Below are positions 35,162-45,198 of a stretch of 59,816 nt of DNA, in pieces. Numbering within the stretch: the first letter of the stretch is position 1; each line of letters opens with the position of its first letter. The notes below the pieces were generated by a model. The model did no database searches, was not told the DNA's origin, and was given only the letters and a program-made list of their open reading frames with translations. A program made the position numbers and the translations under genes. The stretch is from a virus, in the IMG/VR virus record IMGVR_UViG_3300002140_000076; one strand, written 5' to 3'.

Positions 35162-36142
35162 TTATTGTTGAGATTGATTGTCAACCTGTTCTAGGCTTTG
35201 TCCAAACTGAACTGCACCAACTTCACGTATTGACATACCTGCATACTGAAGAATTTTACTAACCAAGTCAGGTTCGCAATCTAATGATAATTCAAAATCC
35301 TGATAGTCAGGTTGTGATTGATCAAATGTAGGCTCTCCATTTGTTAAGGAAACGAATGTCCACTTCGGAGCTTTTGGGTATCGTATGTACTGAGATACCA
35401 CTTGACCAATATTATTTATTGTAGATGGAAATGCTGTAAGAGTAATTGCTTCTTCCGTATAAGCAGGGTATGTCAGTGTTGGCTTAGTTAGCTTTGAACT
35501 ATTCAACATTGTTATCTTGTTGTGAGAAACTTTCTCTACTTCGCTCGTCTTGTCATCATATACACTATACGATATACCTGGTACATTCCAAGGAGTTAAA
35601 GTTATGATGCTGGCAGTCGTTGTAATGGACGTTTGACTATTTACTAATGCAACAGTCACATATTGAGTAATACCTCCGCTAACAAGCCCTATGATGTCTC
35701 CAGCTTGAACTCCATTTGTTTGAAATGTAGCATTTGAGTCAATTAATTCAAGACCAGCACCAATAGCCGTTGTAACTCCACTTGTAATTAAATCAGAATA
35801 TACTAATACTTTGTTCAGTAAGTAGTAGTCATCACCAGTTGTTGTAGGGGATGGAAGGTAATATGTATTGTTAATTGTTGGTTGAAGTGTGCTTAAACTC
35901 AACGGGCTTGTGACAGAAAAAATATCAATCAACTCCTCTATCCCTTTAGTGATATTGGCATATCCTTCGCCAGACTGCCTAGCGTTCTCCTTGTTTATCT
36001 GATAGTTATACTGATAAAAATACGTCTCGAACAAATCTAACTGCGACTGCTTTGCAAATAAATTGAAATCAGAAGGAGAAATGTACCCGTAATTATTTTT
36101 ATTAAGTATAGATAATACTGTATTTCTAACTGAGTTAATCAT
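35162..36142 (-). CDS. Hypothetical structural protein (326 aa)
   Basis: Tiled ORF with its own TATCTTTG box upstream. Confidence 0.6.
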   Translation of the reverse strand: MINSVRNTVLSILNKNNYGYISPSDFNLFAKQSQLDLFETYFYQYNYQINKENARQSGEGYANITKGIEELIDIFSVTSPLSLSTLQPTINNTYYLPSPTTTGDDYYLLNKVLVYSDLITSGVTTAIGAGLELIDSNATFQTNGVQAGDIIGLVSGGITQYVTVALVNSQTSITTTASIITLTPWNVPGISYSVYDDKTSEVEKVSHNKITMLNSSKLTKPTLTYPAYTEEAITLTAFPSTINNIGQVVSQYIRYPKAPKWTFVSLTNGEPTFDQSQPDYQDFELSLDCEPDLVSKILQYAGMSIREVGAVQFGQSLEQVDNQSQQ

Positions 36143-36159
36143 CTATAAAACATTTTTTA

Positions 36160-36167
36160 CAAAGATA
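36160..36167 (-). promoter_or_regulatory. -7 promoter box TATCTTTG
   Basis: CAAAGATA on the plus strand, 17 nt upstream of the ATG at 36142 and just downstream of a terminator. Confidence 0.45.
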
Positions 36168-36169
36168 GC

Positions 36170-36205
36170 AAAAAAAAAGACCCAATCATTTTTTGGATTG
36201 GGTCT
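36170..36205 (-). terminator. Rho-independent terminator after ORF 36230..36976
   Basis: The minus strand reads agacccaatc-caaaaaat-gattgggtct, a 10-bp stem, followed by T9. Confidence 0.8.
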
Positions 36206-36229
36206 TGTATTTTAATTGTTTTTCAGATA

Positions 36230-36976
36230 TTATAATAGTTTTTCAAGAATTTTATAAGTATCTAAACCACTGTCTGATTGCAAATATGACACAACAATAT
36301 CCATTGGATTTTCTCCGTATGGAATGTTTAGCATTTTTGTTTTGTTTGAATCTATATTAAACCACACTTCCTTGTTGCTCTTTCTGAACGTAAGGAATCC
36401 TTTTTCAAAAATTAAAGAAACAGTTGATTGAAACTTTAATGCTGGGTCATTTACAGCACTTAGGAATGTACGTGGATCATTTTTAGCAAATACCAAGATA
36501 TCTCTTTTTAATTCAGCTGTAGACATCTTAGTTACATCTCTATTAAATAATACTCTTGATACCATCTCTAATTGGTCAACACTAAGTTGTCTTGCTTCAA
36601 TAAGAGCATCAACTTCAATATTTAATTTGTCAACCTCTACTGAGGCATCTTTCTCCTCATTAACCTCAATGAATTTAACTCCATTCAGTGGGTGATAATA
36701 AAGAAATTGTTGCAGAACTGGATTAGTTCTTGGAACAGATAAGAACCCATCCTCAAAAGTAACTGGCTCTAAAATTGCATTCCCATCTTGTTCATCCTCA
36801 AAAGGAGTTTTTTGGTTTCTAGCATAGCGTAATGCTCTGTTAGTCCCAGACTCTTCATCAAAATATAATAATGGAAATTGCGCTGAGTGTCTCGTTGGAA
36901 TCAAAAATGATAAAGGAGCTTCAGACTTTGTTAATTTGTAAACCTTGTCGGTTAATACTTTTTTTTGTGCTTTCAT
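36230..36976 (-). CDS. Hypothetical head-associated protein (248 aa)
   Basis: A stand-alone transcription unit between two terminators, directly after the capsid gene. Confidence 0.6.
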   Translation of the reverse strand: MKAQKKVLTDKVYKLTKSEAPLSFLIPTRHSAQFPLLYFDEESGTNRALRYARNQKTPFEDEQDGNAILEPVTFEDGFLSVPRTNPVLQQFLYYHPLNGVKFIEVNEEKDASVEVDKLNIEVDALIEARQLSVDQLEMVSRVLFNRDVTKMSTAELKRDILVFAKNDPRTFLSAVNDPALKFQSTVSLIFEKGFLTFRKSNKEVWFNIDSNKTKMLNIPYGENPMDIVVSYLQSDSGLDTYKILEKLL

Positions 36977-36993
36977 TTGATATAATTAAAATT

Positions 36994-37029
36994 TAAAAAA
37001 ATAAGGGGGCAGACTGCCCACCCCCTTTT
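36994..37029 (-). terminator. Rho-independent terminator after the major capsid gene
   Basis: The minus strand reads aaaagggggtgggcagtctgcccccttattttttt, a GC-rich hairpin plus a T-run. Confidence 0.65.
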
Positions 37030-37040
37030 ATTAATTCCTC

Positions 37041-38462
37041 TTAGTTTTGGAACAAGAAGAAGTTGTTTGCACCTAGTGTACATACTGCTCTTTCAGACAA
37101 GAAGTTAACCTCCATTGCATCAAGATCAGATGTTTCTGCACCACCTGCTGAACCTGTAATCCAAGTTTTGTAACGGCGATCTTCAGTTTCTGAAGCTCTG
37201 TAACGTACATGTAAGAATGGACGTTTTGCGTTCTTACCAAGGATTTGGTCATAAACAGTTGTAGATCCAGCTGGAACTAACAATCCGTTTACTTTACCTG
37301 AACCAGCTGCTGTTGGCAAACCACCACGCATTGTTGGATCGTTCAAGTATTTCCAATCAGATTTGTAGAAATCGTAACCTCTACGGAATCCTGAGAACCC
37401 TAAGTTCAAAGCCATTTCTTTGTCGTTTTCAAACAAACCATAAGAAGTACCGCCTGCTCCATAAGAGTTTTGTGCAGCTAACATATCATCGATGCTAAAG
37501 CTAAATGCTCTATCAACAAATAATGCGTTTTCTTCAATTGATCCTTGTTTGTCAAGACGAGATACGATAGCATCGAAGTCAGCCAATGTTGTTGGATAAC
37601 CACCACCCCATACGTTTCCACGTTGGTTTACCGAATAGAATACACCTTCAGAACCTTTGTTACCAACATCACCAGCAGTTGCCGCAGCACCTGAACCAGT
37701 TTCAGCAGGAACAGCTTCGATCATTGCAGTTTCCAAGTAGTCATCGAAACGCAAACGAGTTTCGTGCTCTGACTTCATGTACCACAAATAACCATTAGCA
37801 CCATTCTCAGTTGTTACTTCAACCCATCCGATTTGAGCCATATCAGAACCTGATACTGCATACTTATCTTTGATGATGATTGGAGAGTTCTCGAAGATCT
37901 CATCGTCAGCTTCCAAAGAACCCTGCATTCCATTTGTTCCTTTTTTGAACTCAGAACCATAGATGAAAATTGACCATTTATCTGTAGCTGTTGCATTTGT
38001 GATACCAGCTGCATTGTAGAATGCTACATCAAAAGTACCAGCTGTAGTGTTTACTGCTGTTACGATTGCTTTGTAGTTAGCTCCACCTGCGTTAGCTGTG
38101 ATCATAAGTGTTTGACCAGCACGAACCGCAATAGCACCTGATGCAGCTGGGTTCAATGTGTCATTAACTGTGAATGTCGCAACATCTGAGTTTGTAAGAA
38201 CTGTAGTTGTACAGTCAACATACTTAGTATGTAAACGACCTTGTTCTGCCCATTTGATAAGGTCAGAGTTAGTCGGCATCTCTGCTCCTACCATACGTAA
38301 GAAAGAAGATACTGTTCTGTTACCATATCTTTCGAATTCTTTTTCGTAAGTATCTGGTAAATATTGATTTAAGAAATCAAAATTACTAATGTAATTTGAC
38401 TTCAAAGGAACTTGTTGTGCACTTGGCTGCAATTGGTATCCTGGTACTGCTTGTACTGACAT
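37041..38462 (-). CDS. Major capsid protein candidate (473 aa)
   Basis: Follows the scaffold-like gene in the portal-scaffold-capsid order. Size fits HK97-fold capsid proteins. A strong terminator lies directly downstream. Confidence 0.7.
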   Translation of the reverse strand: MSVQAVPGYQLQPSAQQVPLKSNYISNFDFLNQYLPDTYEKEFERYGNRTVSSFLRMVGAEMPTNSDLIKWAEQGRLHTKYVDCTTTVLTNSDVATFTVNDTLNPAASGAIAVRAGQTLMITANAGGANYKAIVTAVNTTAGTFDVAFYNAAGITNATATDKWSIFIYGSEFKKGTNGMQGSLEADDEIFENSPIIIKDKYAVSGSDMAQIGWVEVTTENGANGYLWYMKSEHETRLRFDDYLETAMIEAVPAETGSGAAATAGDVGNKGSEGVFYSVNQRGNVWGGGYPTTLADFDAIVSRLDKQGSIEENALFVDRAFSFSIDDMLAAQNSYGAGGTSYGLFENDKEMALNLGFSGFRRGYDFYKSDWKYLNDPTMRGGLPTAAGSGKVNGLLVPAGSTTVYDQILGKNAKRPFLHVRYRASETEDRRYKTWITGSAGGAETSDLDAMEVNFLSERAVCTLGANNFFLFQN

Positions 38463-38480
38463 AATTTTTCTTTTTAGTTT

Positions 38481-39581
38481 TTATTTTTTACTCCTAATTT
38501 TTAGACCTCGACCTGAGTCTTGTCCAATCTCCCTAATTGTCGTTCCCCCCTTAGCAATATTTTGAGGTACATTCTGCTCAGACATGTTTATGTTTTTAGT
38601 CTTACGCATAACGTCATCAACTGCTGCTGATTTGCCTTGCTTATAAAAGAACTCGGCAAATTTCTCAGGGTTCATTGCGACTGACAATGCTTTGTGGTAT
38701 CCTACAGGATCGACTAAGAGACCATCTTCACCTAAAAACTTCTTCGTAAAGTTTGAAGGATCACTATGAATCTTATTCATCTCAGCTGCATCACCTGGGG
38801 TAAAAACAAGTTTGTTATCGTCAAGCGTGAACTCAAAACCTTTGAACTCACTTCCGAATACTTCACTAGTCTTTTCTTTAAACCACTGCTCCTTACGTTG
38901 CATTTGCTCACCCAAAGACATTGACTCTTTAACATACTGGTTGTATTCCTCGATCTTTTGTTTATCTTCATTAGAAACAGAAGCACCCATTGACTCAACA
39001 GGAGCTTTGTACTTTTCCTTTTCAGATTCAAAATAATCTTTGGCTTTAGCAACCATTTTCTTTTTAGCTAATCTAGCTTTTTTAATTGTGCTATCATCGT
39101 CAAGGTCTTCATCATAATCATATTCATCCATCATAGATTCAATATCATCTTGATCCAACCCCTTTTCGGTAATAGTCAAATACTCTTTTAACAAGCTGTC
39201 TGGACTTACTTCATCTAAATCTCTATTTAGTTTTACAAAGTCTTCAATCCCACGCCCTGTTTCTTTTTTATATTTGAAATAAGCAGAGACATCTCCAGGT
39301 AGCTCTTCAGCTTCCTCTCTTTCTCTAGTTAATTCTTCTATAGAGTTGATCTCTTTTCCGTATCTATTTTTAATAAATGAAAGAACGTCTTCTTCTTTAA
39401 TCTCATAGCCATCATTAGGCTCATCAAGACTTATTTTCTCATCGGCATCGACATTATCTTCGCCCACACTATCCGAACCGTCATCATTAAACTCGCTATC
39501 ATGCTTATCTAATAAAACTTGTTCAACCTCTTGCATTGATTTCTGTTCAACACCATCTAATTCTCTTACTTTAATTTCCAT
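38481..39581 (-). CDS. Scaffolding protein candidate (366 aa)
   Basis: Very acidic and helical (DDGSDSVGEDNVDADE, DEYDYDEDLDDD). Lies between the portal and capsid genes. Confidence 0.65.
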   Translation of the reverse strand: MEIKVRELDGVEQKSMQEVEQVLLDKHDSEFNDDGSDSVGEDNVDADEKISLDEPNDGYEIKEEDVLSFIKNRYGKEINSIEELTREREEAEELPGDVSAYFKYKKETGRGIEDFVKLNRDLDEVSPDSLLKEYLTITEKGLDQDDIESMMDEYDYDEDLDDDSTIKKARLAKKKMVAKAKDYFESEKEKYKAPVESMGASVSNEDKQKIEEYNQYVKESMSLGEQMQRKEQWFKEKTSEVFGSEFKGFEFTLDDNKLVFTPGDAAEMNKIHSDPSNFTKKFLGEDGLLVDPVGYHKALSVAMNPEKFAEFFYKQGKSAAVDDVMRKTKNINMSEQNVPQNIAKGGTTIREIGQDSGRGLKIRSKK

Positions 39582-39600
39582 ATTGAATTTAATTTAATTA

Positions 39601-39608
39601 CAAAGTTA
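39601..39608 (-). promoter_or_regulatory. -7 promoter box TAACTTTG before the scaffold gene
   Basis: CAAAGTTA on the plus strand, 19 nt upstream of the ATG at 39581. Confidence 0.4.
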
Positions 39609-39636
39609 CTTAAAAAAATATTTCCCTTTTAAAATC

Positions 39637-42072
39637 CTATCTAGGATTGAATTCTGCTAAGTCAAATCCATCAAGACTATCCTCGTTTGATTCAAAGTTC
39701 AATGGTGGCAAATTATTTTTTCGTTGGTTAATTAATTTTGATTGTTGAGTATTCTGAATACCAATCCTTTTATCCTTAGCTTTCTCTTTATCTTCTTCTC
39801 TTTTATTTTGAGCAGTTACCTCTATCCCTCTAAGTTGCATATTAAGATTAAACTCTTCTTGCATCAACTGAGATTTCAGCATAGCTTCTTGTTTCATTTT
39901 TTCTATTTCAAAAGATATCTCAGCTTGCTTAAACTGCATCTTAGATTGAGTTTCCATTTGAATTTTCTGCATAGATGCTTCTGCCGCCATCTGTTGTGAT
40001 TGTTGTTGAAGCTGACCCTGCATTTCCTGTTGTTGCTTAGCGATCTTCTCTTCTCTATCCTGCTTAGCTTTCCGTTTAAGCTTAAGCAATTGGTTAGCAA
40101 GCTTAATATTTCTCATCTCACGAATATCAATAGCATCCTCAAGATTAATATCGCCTTTAGATAAAGCCATATTTATATTCTGTTCAAGCTGAGATCTTTG
40201 CTCTTCATCTGGAGATACTTCGATAAAAATACCAAAGTCATGGATATATAAGTCTTTAATGCTATTAAGAATATTTATGTTGTATTTTCCGATCTGATTT
40301 ATGAACTCATCTTTAAAGTCAGCGTATTCTAATATATCAGCAATTCTATACGTTAATGCTTCAGCTAATGTTCTATAGATATATAGACTTGAATCAAGAA
40401 TATGTCTAGTAGCTGTATTTGAATTCAGCGCAGCTAACTTTTGGATACCAACTAATGCATTAGGATCTGGCATACTTCCATCTCTAGCTTCATTAAGACC
40501 CGTCACCTGTCTTATCTGATTAAGGTAATGGTTATAGTTTCCTAACAGCATCTGAGTTTTTGCAGCTCCAGAGTTTGCTGTAAGCTGAGTAATTGGAACT
40601 TTTGCATTATTGTAATCGCCATCTTGAGTGTACGATCTACCAATAACGCTACCTGTCTGGAAGTATAATCTTAATGCGTCCTCTGGACTATACGCTGCAC
40701 CTGTACCGAGGTCAACTTCATTTAAACCATCAGCATCAATAAATACCCCATCAGGAACAACTCTTGATATTACCTGTTGAAGTTTTAGGTGAGTCATCTG
40801 AATCAAATCAGCAAATGGGATCATTCTTCTCGTAAGAGACTCAATAACACCTTTGTACATTCTTGGTGCACAAGCTACATAATTCGCCATTGCATACTGA
40901 CTAGCTGACTTAGGTCGAACCATATTCTCAGCCATCTTCCACTTCAATAGGTAGTTAGTTCCCATTACCATGACTCCCTCATACCATACATCGATAACTT
41001 TAGAAACCTTTTCAAAGTTTCCTTCCTCCATCATTTCAGTAGGTGGGTTGAATGAGTCATCCTTCTCAACCATGTTTGTATTTCCAGAATCAGTAATCTT
41101 TTTCTTGTATACAACATTCTTTGTTGTCTTATAGTTAAAGTATAATAACGTAGCTGTATCATTGTTAAATATATCATTCTGATACATCTGAGATGTATTA
41201 TAGTAGTCTGCCCAGCTCTGACTATATTTTGAAATTTCTTTCAAGTCATCACTTGTTAAGGTTGTATCTATTTTTCTAAGCTCATTTACAGATACTGTCT
41301 TTACCTCACCCCAATAGAAACAATCCTTGAAGTTTGGGTCTTCAGTATAACTATATACAACATTTGCTGGATCAACATAAGATATTTTTACTCCGTCACC
41401 CATTAAGAATTCATGCTTCGCTATCCCTATACCAAGTACAGTAATATCATAGTCAATCCTTTTTCTGATGTCATCATAATGACTGGCATCAAATAATGTA
41501 TTTATAGCAGTTTCCTCAGCAATCTCAATTGCAGGCTTATAGTTAAGCTGCATATACAATGAAAGTTCTTCGTCTGTGCTAGGGAGATCATCTGGATCAG
41601 TCATAAAGGGATTAGCCCCAGTCTTATCCATAATATTTTGAAGAATAGGCTTGGCAACCATCTGTCCCTCAATCATATCTTGATAAGAGCTTCTATTATT
41701 TTGAGACATCGCATCTTGAGCGTATGCCTTAACTTTAAATAATCTATCAGACATTCCGTTTACGACAATGTCAATAAATTTAGGAAGCACAGGAATTGGT
41801 GTCCAATCTAAATTAAGATAAGACAAGTCACCATCTACAGATAATTCATTCTTATATTTCGCAATCGACTGCTCTCCACGAGCATATAATCTTAATCTAT
41901 GAAATTCTTTCCATTGACTATAGTATCTGCTACCACTTCCGTCTTTTTTAAACCACTCATATTGAATGGCTTGACCAATCTGAAGACCGAATTCATCGCT
42001 TGATTTCACTGAGTCTGAGGCAAACTGATCAGGAAACGCTGAAGATGTAATGTTTATTTTAACGTCTTTCAT
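39637..42072 (-). CDS. Portal protein candidate (811 aa) with a Q-rich coiled-coil C-terminus
   Basis: ATGA-coupled to the terminase-like gene upstream, with the scaffold gene downstream. The C-terminal tail reads KQQQEMQGQLQQQSQQMAAEASMQ. Confidence 0.7.
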   Translation of the reverse strand: MKDVKINITSSAFPDQFASDSVKSSDEFGLQIGQAIQYEWFKKDGSGSRYYSQWKEFHRLRLYARGEQSIAKYKNELSVDGDLSYLNLDWTPIPVLPKFIDIVVNGMSDRLFKVKAYAQDAMSQNNRSSYQDMIEGQMVAKPILQNIMDKTGANPFMTDPDDLPSTDEELSLYMQLNYKPAIEIAEETAINTLFDASHYDDIRKRIDYDITVLGIGIAKHEFLMGDGVKISYVDPANVVYSYTEDPNFKDCFYWGEVKTVSVNELRKIDTTLTSDDLKEISKYSQSWADYYNTSQMYQNDIFNNDTATLLYFNYKTTKNVVYKKKITDSGNTNMVEKDDSFNPPTEMMEEGNFEKVSKVIDVWYEGVMVMGTNYLLKWKMAENMVRPKSASQYAMANYVACAPRMYKGVIESLTRRMIPFADLIQMTHLKLQQVISRVVPDGVFIDADGLNEVDLGTGAAYSPEDALRLYFQTGSVIGRSYTQDGDYNNAKVPITQLTANSGAAKTQMLLGNYNHYLNQIRQVTGLNEARDGSMPDPNALVGIQKLAALNSNTATRHILDSSLYIYRTLAEALTYRIADILEYADFKDEFINQIGKYNINILNSIKDLYIHDFGIFIEVSPDEEQRSQLEQNINMALSKGDINLEDAIDIREMRNIKLANQLLKLKRKAKQDREEKIAKQQQEMQGQLQQQSQQMAAEASMQKIQMETQSKMQFKQAEISFEIEKMKQEAMLKSQLMQEEFNLNMQLRGIEVTAQNKREEDKEKAKDKRIGIQNTQQSKLINQRKNNLPPLNFESNEDSLDGFDLAEFNPR

Positions 42073-44315
42073 CTAATTATCTCGCTTATTGTTCCTTTAT
42101 TACTATACCTTGCAAAGTTAATCTTTATTTTTGATTGTTTTTTCTGCGGTAGGTAAAGATTTTTCTGTGTAGCCATTATAGCTAGCCCAGAACTAATAGA
42201 CGCATCATGCTTTGTTCTGTCTGAAATATCAAACTTAGCCCAATCTTCTAATGTCCTAATAAATATCATATCTCCCATATCTCCCACATCTCTATACGTT
42301 CCGTCATTATCCATGCCTACGTACTTTTCTATGTATGATTCTATAGCTGATGCGTGAGCTTGTTTAATATCCTCACTAGAGTTAGGTATTCCACCCAGTT
42401 CTTTTTCTGTCTTAGATAGATTTGTGTAATGTTTATCTGGTCTGTTCATACAAAAACCCCTATATCCTCTATTTTTAAAATGGTAAAGAAGTCTAGGTTT
42501 ATTGTTCTCAATAAGTATCGGCATACCATAAAAAACACAAGCCATCAATACGTCTTCATAGAATATCTCAGCAGTCTGTGGTCTAGCTATATATTCCAAG
42601 AAAAAAGTATTAACTGGAGCTTCATCCATATGGTATGTAGTTAACCCATGAAGAGCACCATTAGATCCTCCTCCTCCAACCACACCTGATATGTCGTAGC
42701 TATCACACCCAAACGCTCCTATATGATCATTTCCTGGAAACTTAATCCCATTCTTAACTATGATCTTATTTTGCATGTGTGCTTTTGGATTCCAGCTTAT
42801 ATAAAATCTTCCACTATTATTTGGACTAAATATTACCTTAGTATCATTTATGCCATCCTTCCAAGAAAATGAACCTCTGGTTACGTGATGGTCTTTTATT
42901 AATGAGTCATTATAGTCAATTTGCTGGTATATCTTTGTTAAGTTGAATAGGGATAGTTTGCTCTCGTCTCTAAATGCATGAGACTCTGTTCTAGGAAACT
43001 GTCTATAGAATTCATTTAATGCATCAGCATCGTTCTTTAGCGAATCTACCTCAGCCTCCCAATAGTCAATAGCACCATTGTGTATCATCTCATTGTCAAT
43101 ACCAAGTACAGGTTTCTCAGGTCTACGGAACACTGGCATACCATATCTATCAATAAAGCCCTCCATATTCCATTCCATCGGAATGAACAACGAGTACAGA
43201 CCACTCTTAGTCTGACCATTCATATTGCGATTATTTACATTTGAATCCTCATATAGCTTCTTGAAGTTATCTCCACCCTTTGACAATGCATTTGATGTCG
43301 AACCCATCATACACTTGCCAATAATTTTAGATCCTAAACGTAGACAGGTCTTTGTTACCCTCCAGTTATTAAGAATATTATTTGGCTTAATCCACTTGCC
43401 ACTTTCGTCATGAACCAGTAGTAGCAATTTCTCACCATCATAGCTATTATCATCTGTATTTTTCCAATCTATTGTTGTGTCAAGACCCTCGACATCATCA
43501 GCCTCTTGGGTATACATATTTTTTTTAGTAATCTTTGATGCAGGAATTCTAAACGCCAATTCAGTCTTTGGCTTATCCATACCATCTTTTATAGGTTTAA
43601 AGAAGAATGGAAGCCTATTTGTTATAGGGACAACCTTATCGGTAAACATCTTCTTAGCATCAGCCCCTGTCTTTGAAAGTATGCCAACCCTTGCATCTTT
43701 AGCAAGCGTTCCTATGTTAGAACACTCAGAAGAACTCATAAACGAAAATCCTGAACGTCTAATCTTCAAGTAGTCTATGCCGAATGATCTATTATCTGCT
43801 CTGCATGCTTCCCAGTAGATGTAAAGAACTCTGTTTGCTTCTCGATAATCTGGGTATCCAATATCTATACTAGCCCATTGTAGGTACATATAATGAGCTC
43901 CAGTGATGTAAGTTGGAACTCCATTATTCATAAACCAAACACCATCCTCTCTTTTGTCAAATTCAGACTCTATGTAATCAACCCATCTATCCTTAAACTC
44001 TGACGGCTTCTCATTCCACTGAAATATTGATTGAATCTTTGATAGCTCATTAGGTAGTTCAGATCTTTCCCAATACTGATCCTTCTTGACTGAACTTCTT
44101 TGTATATATTCTTTTGGAGTTTTTGGTAACGCAACAACAAGACCCTGTATTGATACTATATCTCCAATCTCACCTGTCTTAGATATAACAATAACATCAT
44201 ACTTCTTGTCGTATCCATACGCCCAAGACTTAGCCTTATTCTTGCTTGATATAACACTATTAGGTATTACATTCTCAAGCTGTATATATAAACTATTTTG
44301 ATCTTCGTTCTGCAA
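42069..44315 (-). CDS. terL: Terminase large subunit candidate (748 aa)
   Basis: Has a P-loop-like KIRRSGFSF, a Walker B-like LLLLVHDESG, a coupling-motif-like MMGSTSN and a C-terminal acidic nuclease-like GAFGCDSYD. Lies immediately upstream of the portal gene. Confidence 0.7.
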   Translation of the reverse strand: MQNEDQNSLYIQLENVIPNSVISSKNKAKSWAYGYDKKYDVIVISKTGEIGDIVSIQGLVVALPKTPKEYIQRSSVKKDQYWERSELPNELSKIQSIFQWNEKPSEFKDRWVDYIESEFDKREDGVWFMNNGVPTYITGAHYMYLQWASIDIGYPDYREANRVLYIYWEACRADNRSFGIDYLKIRRSGFSFMSSSECSNIGTLAKDARVGILSKTGADAKKMFTDKVVPITNRLPFFFKPIKDGMDKPKTELAFRIPASKITKKNMYTQEADDVEGLDTTIDWKNTDDNSYDGEKLLLLVHDESGKWIKPNNILNNWRVTKTCLRLGSKIIGKCMMGSTSNALSKGGDNFKKLYEDSNVNNRNMNGQTKSGLYSLFIPMEWNMEGFIDRYGMPVFRRPEKPVLGIDNEMIHNGAIDYWEAEVDSLKNDADALNEFYRQFPRTESHAFRDESKLSLFNLTKIYQQIDYNDSLIKDHHVTRGSFSWKDGINDTKVIFSPNNSGRFYISWNPKAHMQNKIIVKNGIKFPGNDHIGAFGCDSYDISGVVGGGGSNGALHGLTTYHMDEAPVNTFFLEYIARPQTAEIFYEDVLMACVFYGMPILIENNKPRLLYHFKNRGYRGFCMNRPDKHYTNLSKTEKELGGIPNSSEDIKQAHASAIESYIEKYVGMDNDGTYRDVGDMGDMIFIRTLEDWAKFDISDRTKHDASISSGLAIMATQKNLYLPQKKQSKIKINFARYSNKGTISEIIR

Positions 44316-44574
44316 ATCCTTGTTTTGTATATGTCTTACTTACTGGTCCTGATGCTGACTCTATAGCTTCTTTCTCGGACTCTATCCTACTTAGTATCTC
44401 AAATGCATCAAATATAGCAAGCTTCTTAGTAGCCGCTGCGTTTTTTAGTCTATCCGCTGACAATGCATCTTCGGGGTCAATCTTTATAATAGACTCCTTC
44501 GCAACTTTTATTAATTGCTCAACAGCCGCATGACCAGCTTCAATTATCTTTAACTTTATTTCCTTTGAATCCAT
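44293..44574 (-). CDS. Small helical protein (93 aa), a possible terminase small subunit
   Basis: Overlaps the terL start. The call rests on position only. Confidence 0.35.
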   Translation of the reverse strand: MDSKEIKLKIIEAGHAAVEQLIKVAKESIIKIDPEDALSADRLKNAAATKKLAIFDAFEILSRIESEKEAIESASGPVSKTYTKQGFAERRSK

Positions 44575-45151
44575 CGCAAAATAATTTAGGTATAACCATA
44601 CTTATATGGTGGTCGTACATTCTATAAAGTTTCTCTCCGTCAACATTAAACTCATACTCAGTCCCAGGCATAAAAGTAACCAAGTCACCTGGCATAACCC
44701 CCTTGCTTTTTAAGTAATCATTCGGGTACTTCATCTCACCTATAAGCGGCTCTTCACTTAATGGTTTAAATATATATGAATCAACTGGGGGAATAGGTTT
44801 AATGAAGCAATATCTATCGTATGCATTCCACTCGTCTCCATTGTAATACATAAAGAACTGTTCGGTATCAACAAAGAATAGGTCATCCTTGAAATAGCTT
44901 CTGCCACTTCTTTGGTTTCCTCTCATGTCATTATAGAACTTAAATACATTATGGTGAACAAGAAGTATATCTCCAGATTTTATATGACCATCATATCCAA
45001 TCGGAACATCTATAACCTCTGCATATCTATTTGAGAATTTATGGTCCTCCTCGGATGTGCTTACAATGAGATCTACGTTACCAATTTTTTTGATATTACT
45101 ATATCTCTTGCCATCAAGTGGTTTGACTATAAAGTCAAATGGTGATTTCAT
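44540..45151 (-). CDS. Hypothetical protein (203 aa) with two tandem GroES/Cpn10-like sequence patterns
   Basis: The first half has FIVKPLDGKR...YAEVIDVP...IKSGDILLVHH. The second half has CFIKPIPP...IGEM...VMPGDLVTFMPGTEYEFNVDGEKLYRMYDHHISMV. Both resemble the Cpn10 pattern (hVKp...G.hh......a.Vh.vG.....hk.GD.Vhh). The call is tentative. Confidence 0.3.
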   Translation of the reverse strand: MKSPFDFIVKPLDGKRYSNIKKIGNVDLIVSTSEEDHKFSNRYAEVIDVPIGYDGHIKSGDILLVHHNVFKFYNDMRGNQRSGRSYFKDDLFFVDTEQFFMYYNGDEWNAYDRYCFIKPIPPVDSYIFKPLSEEPLIGEMKYPNDYLKSKGVMPGDLVTFMPGTEYEFNVDGEKLYRMYDHHISMVIPKLFCDGFKGNKVKDN

Positions 45152-45198
45152 TAATTTAATTTAATTTATACAACCACTAAGATACCACTTATATGGTA

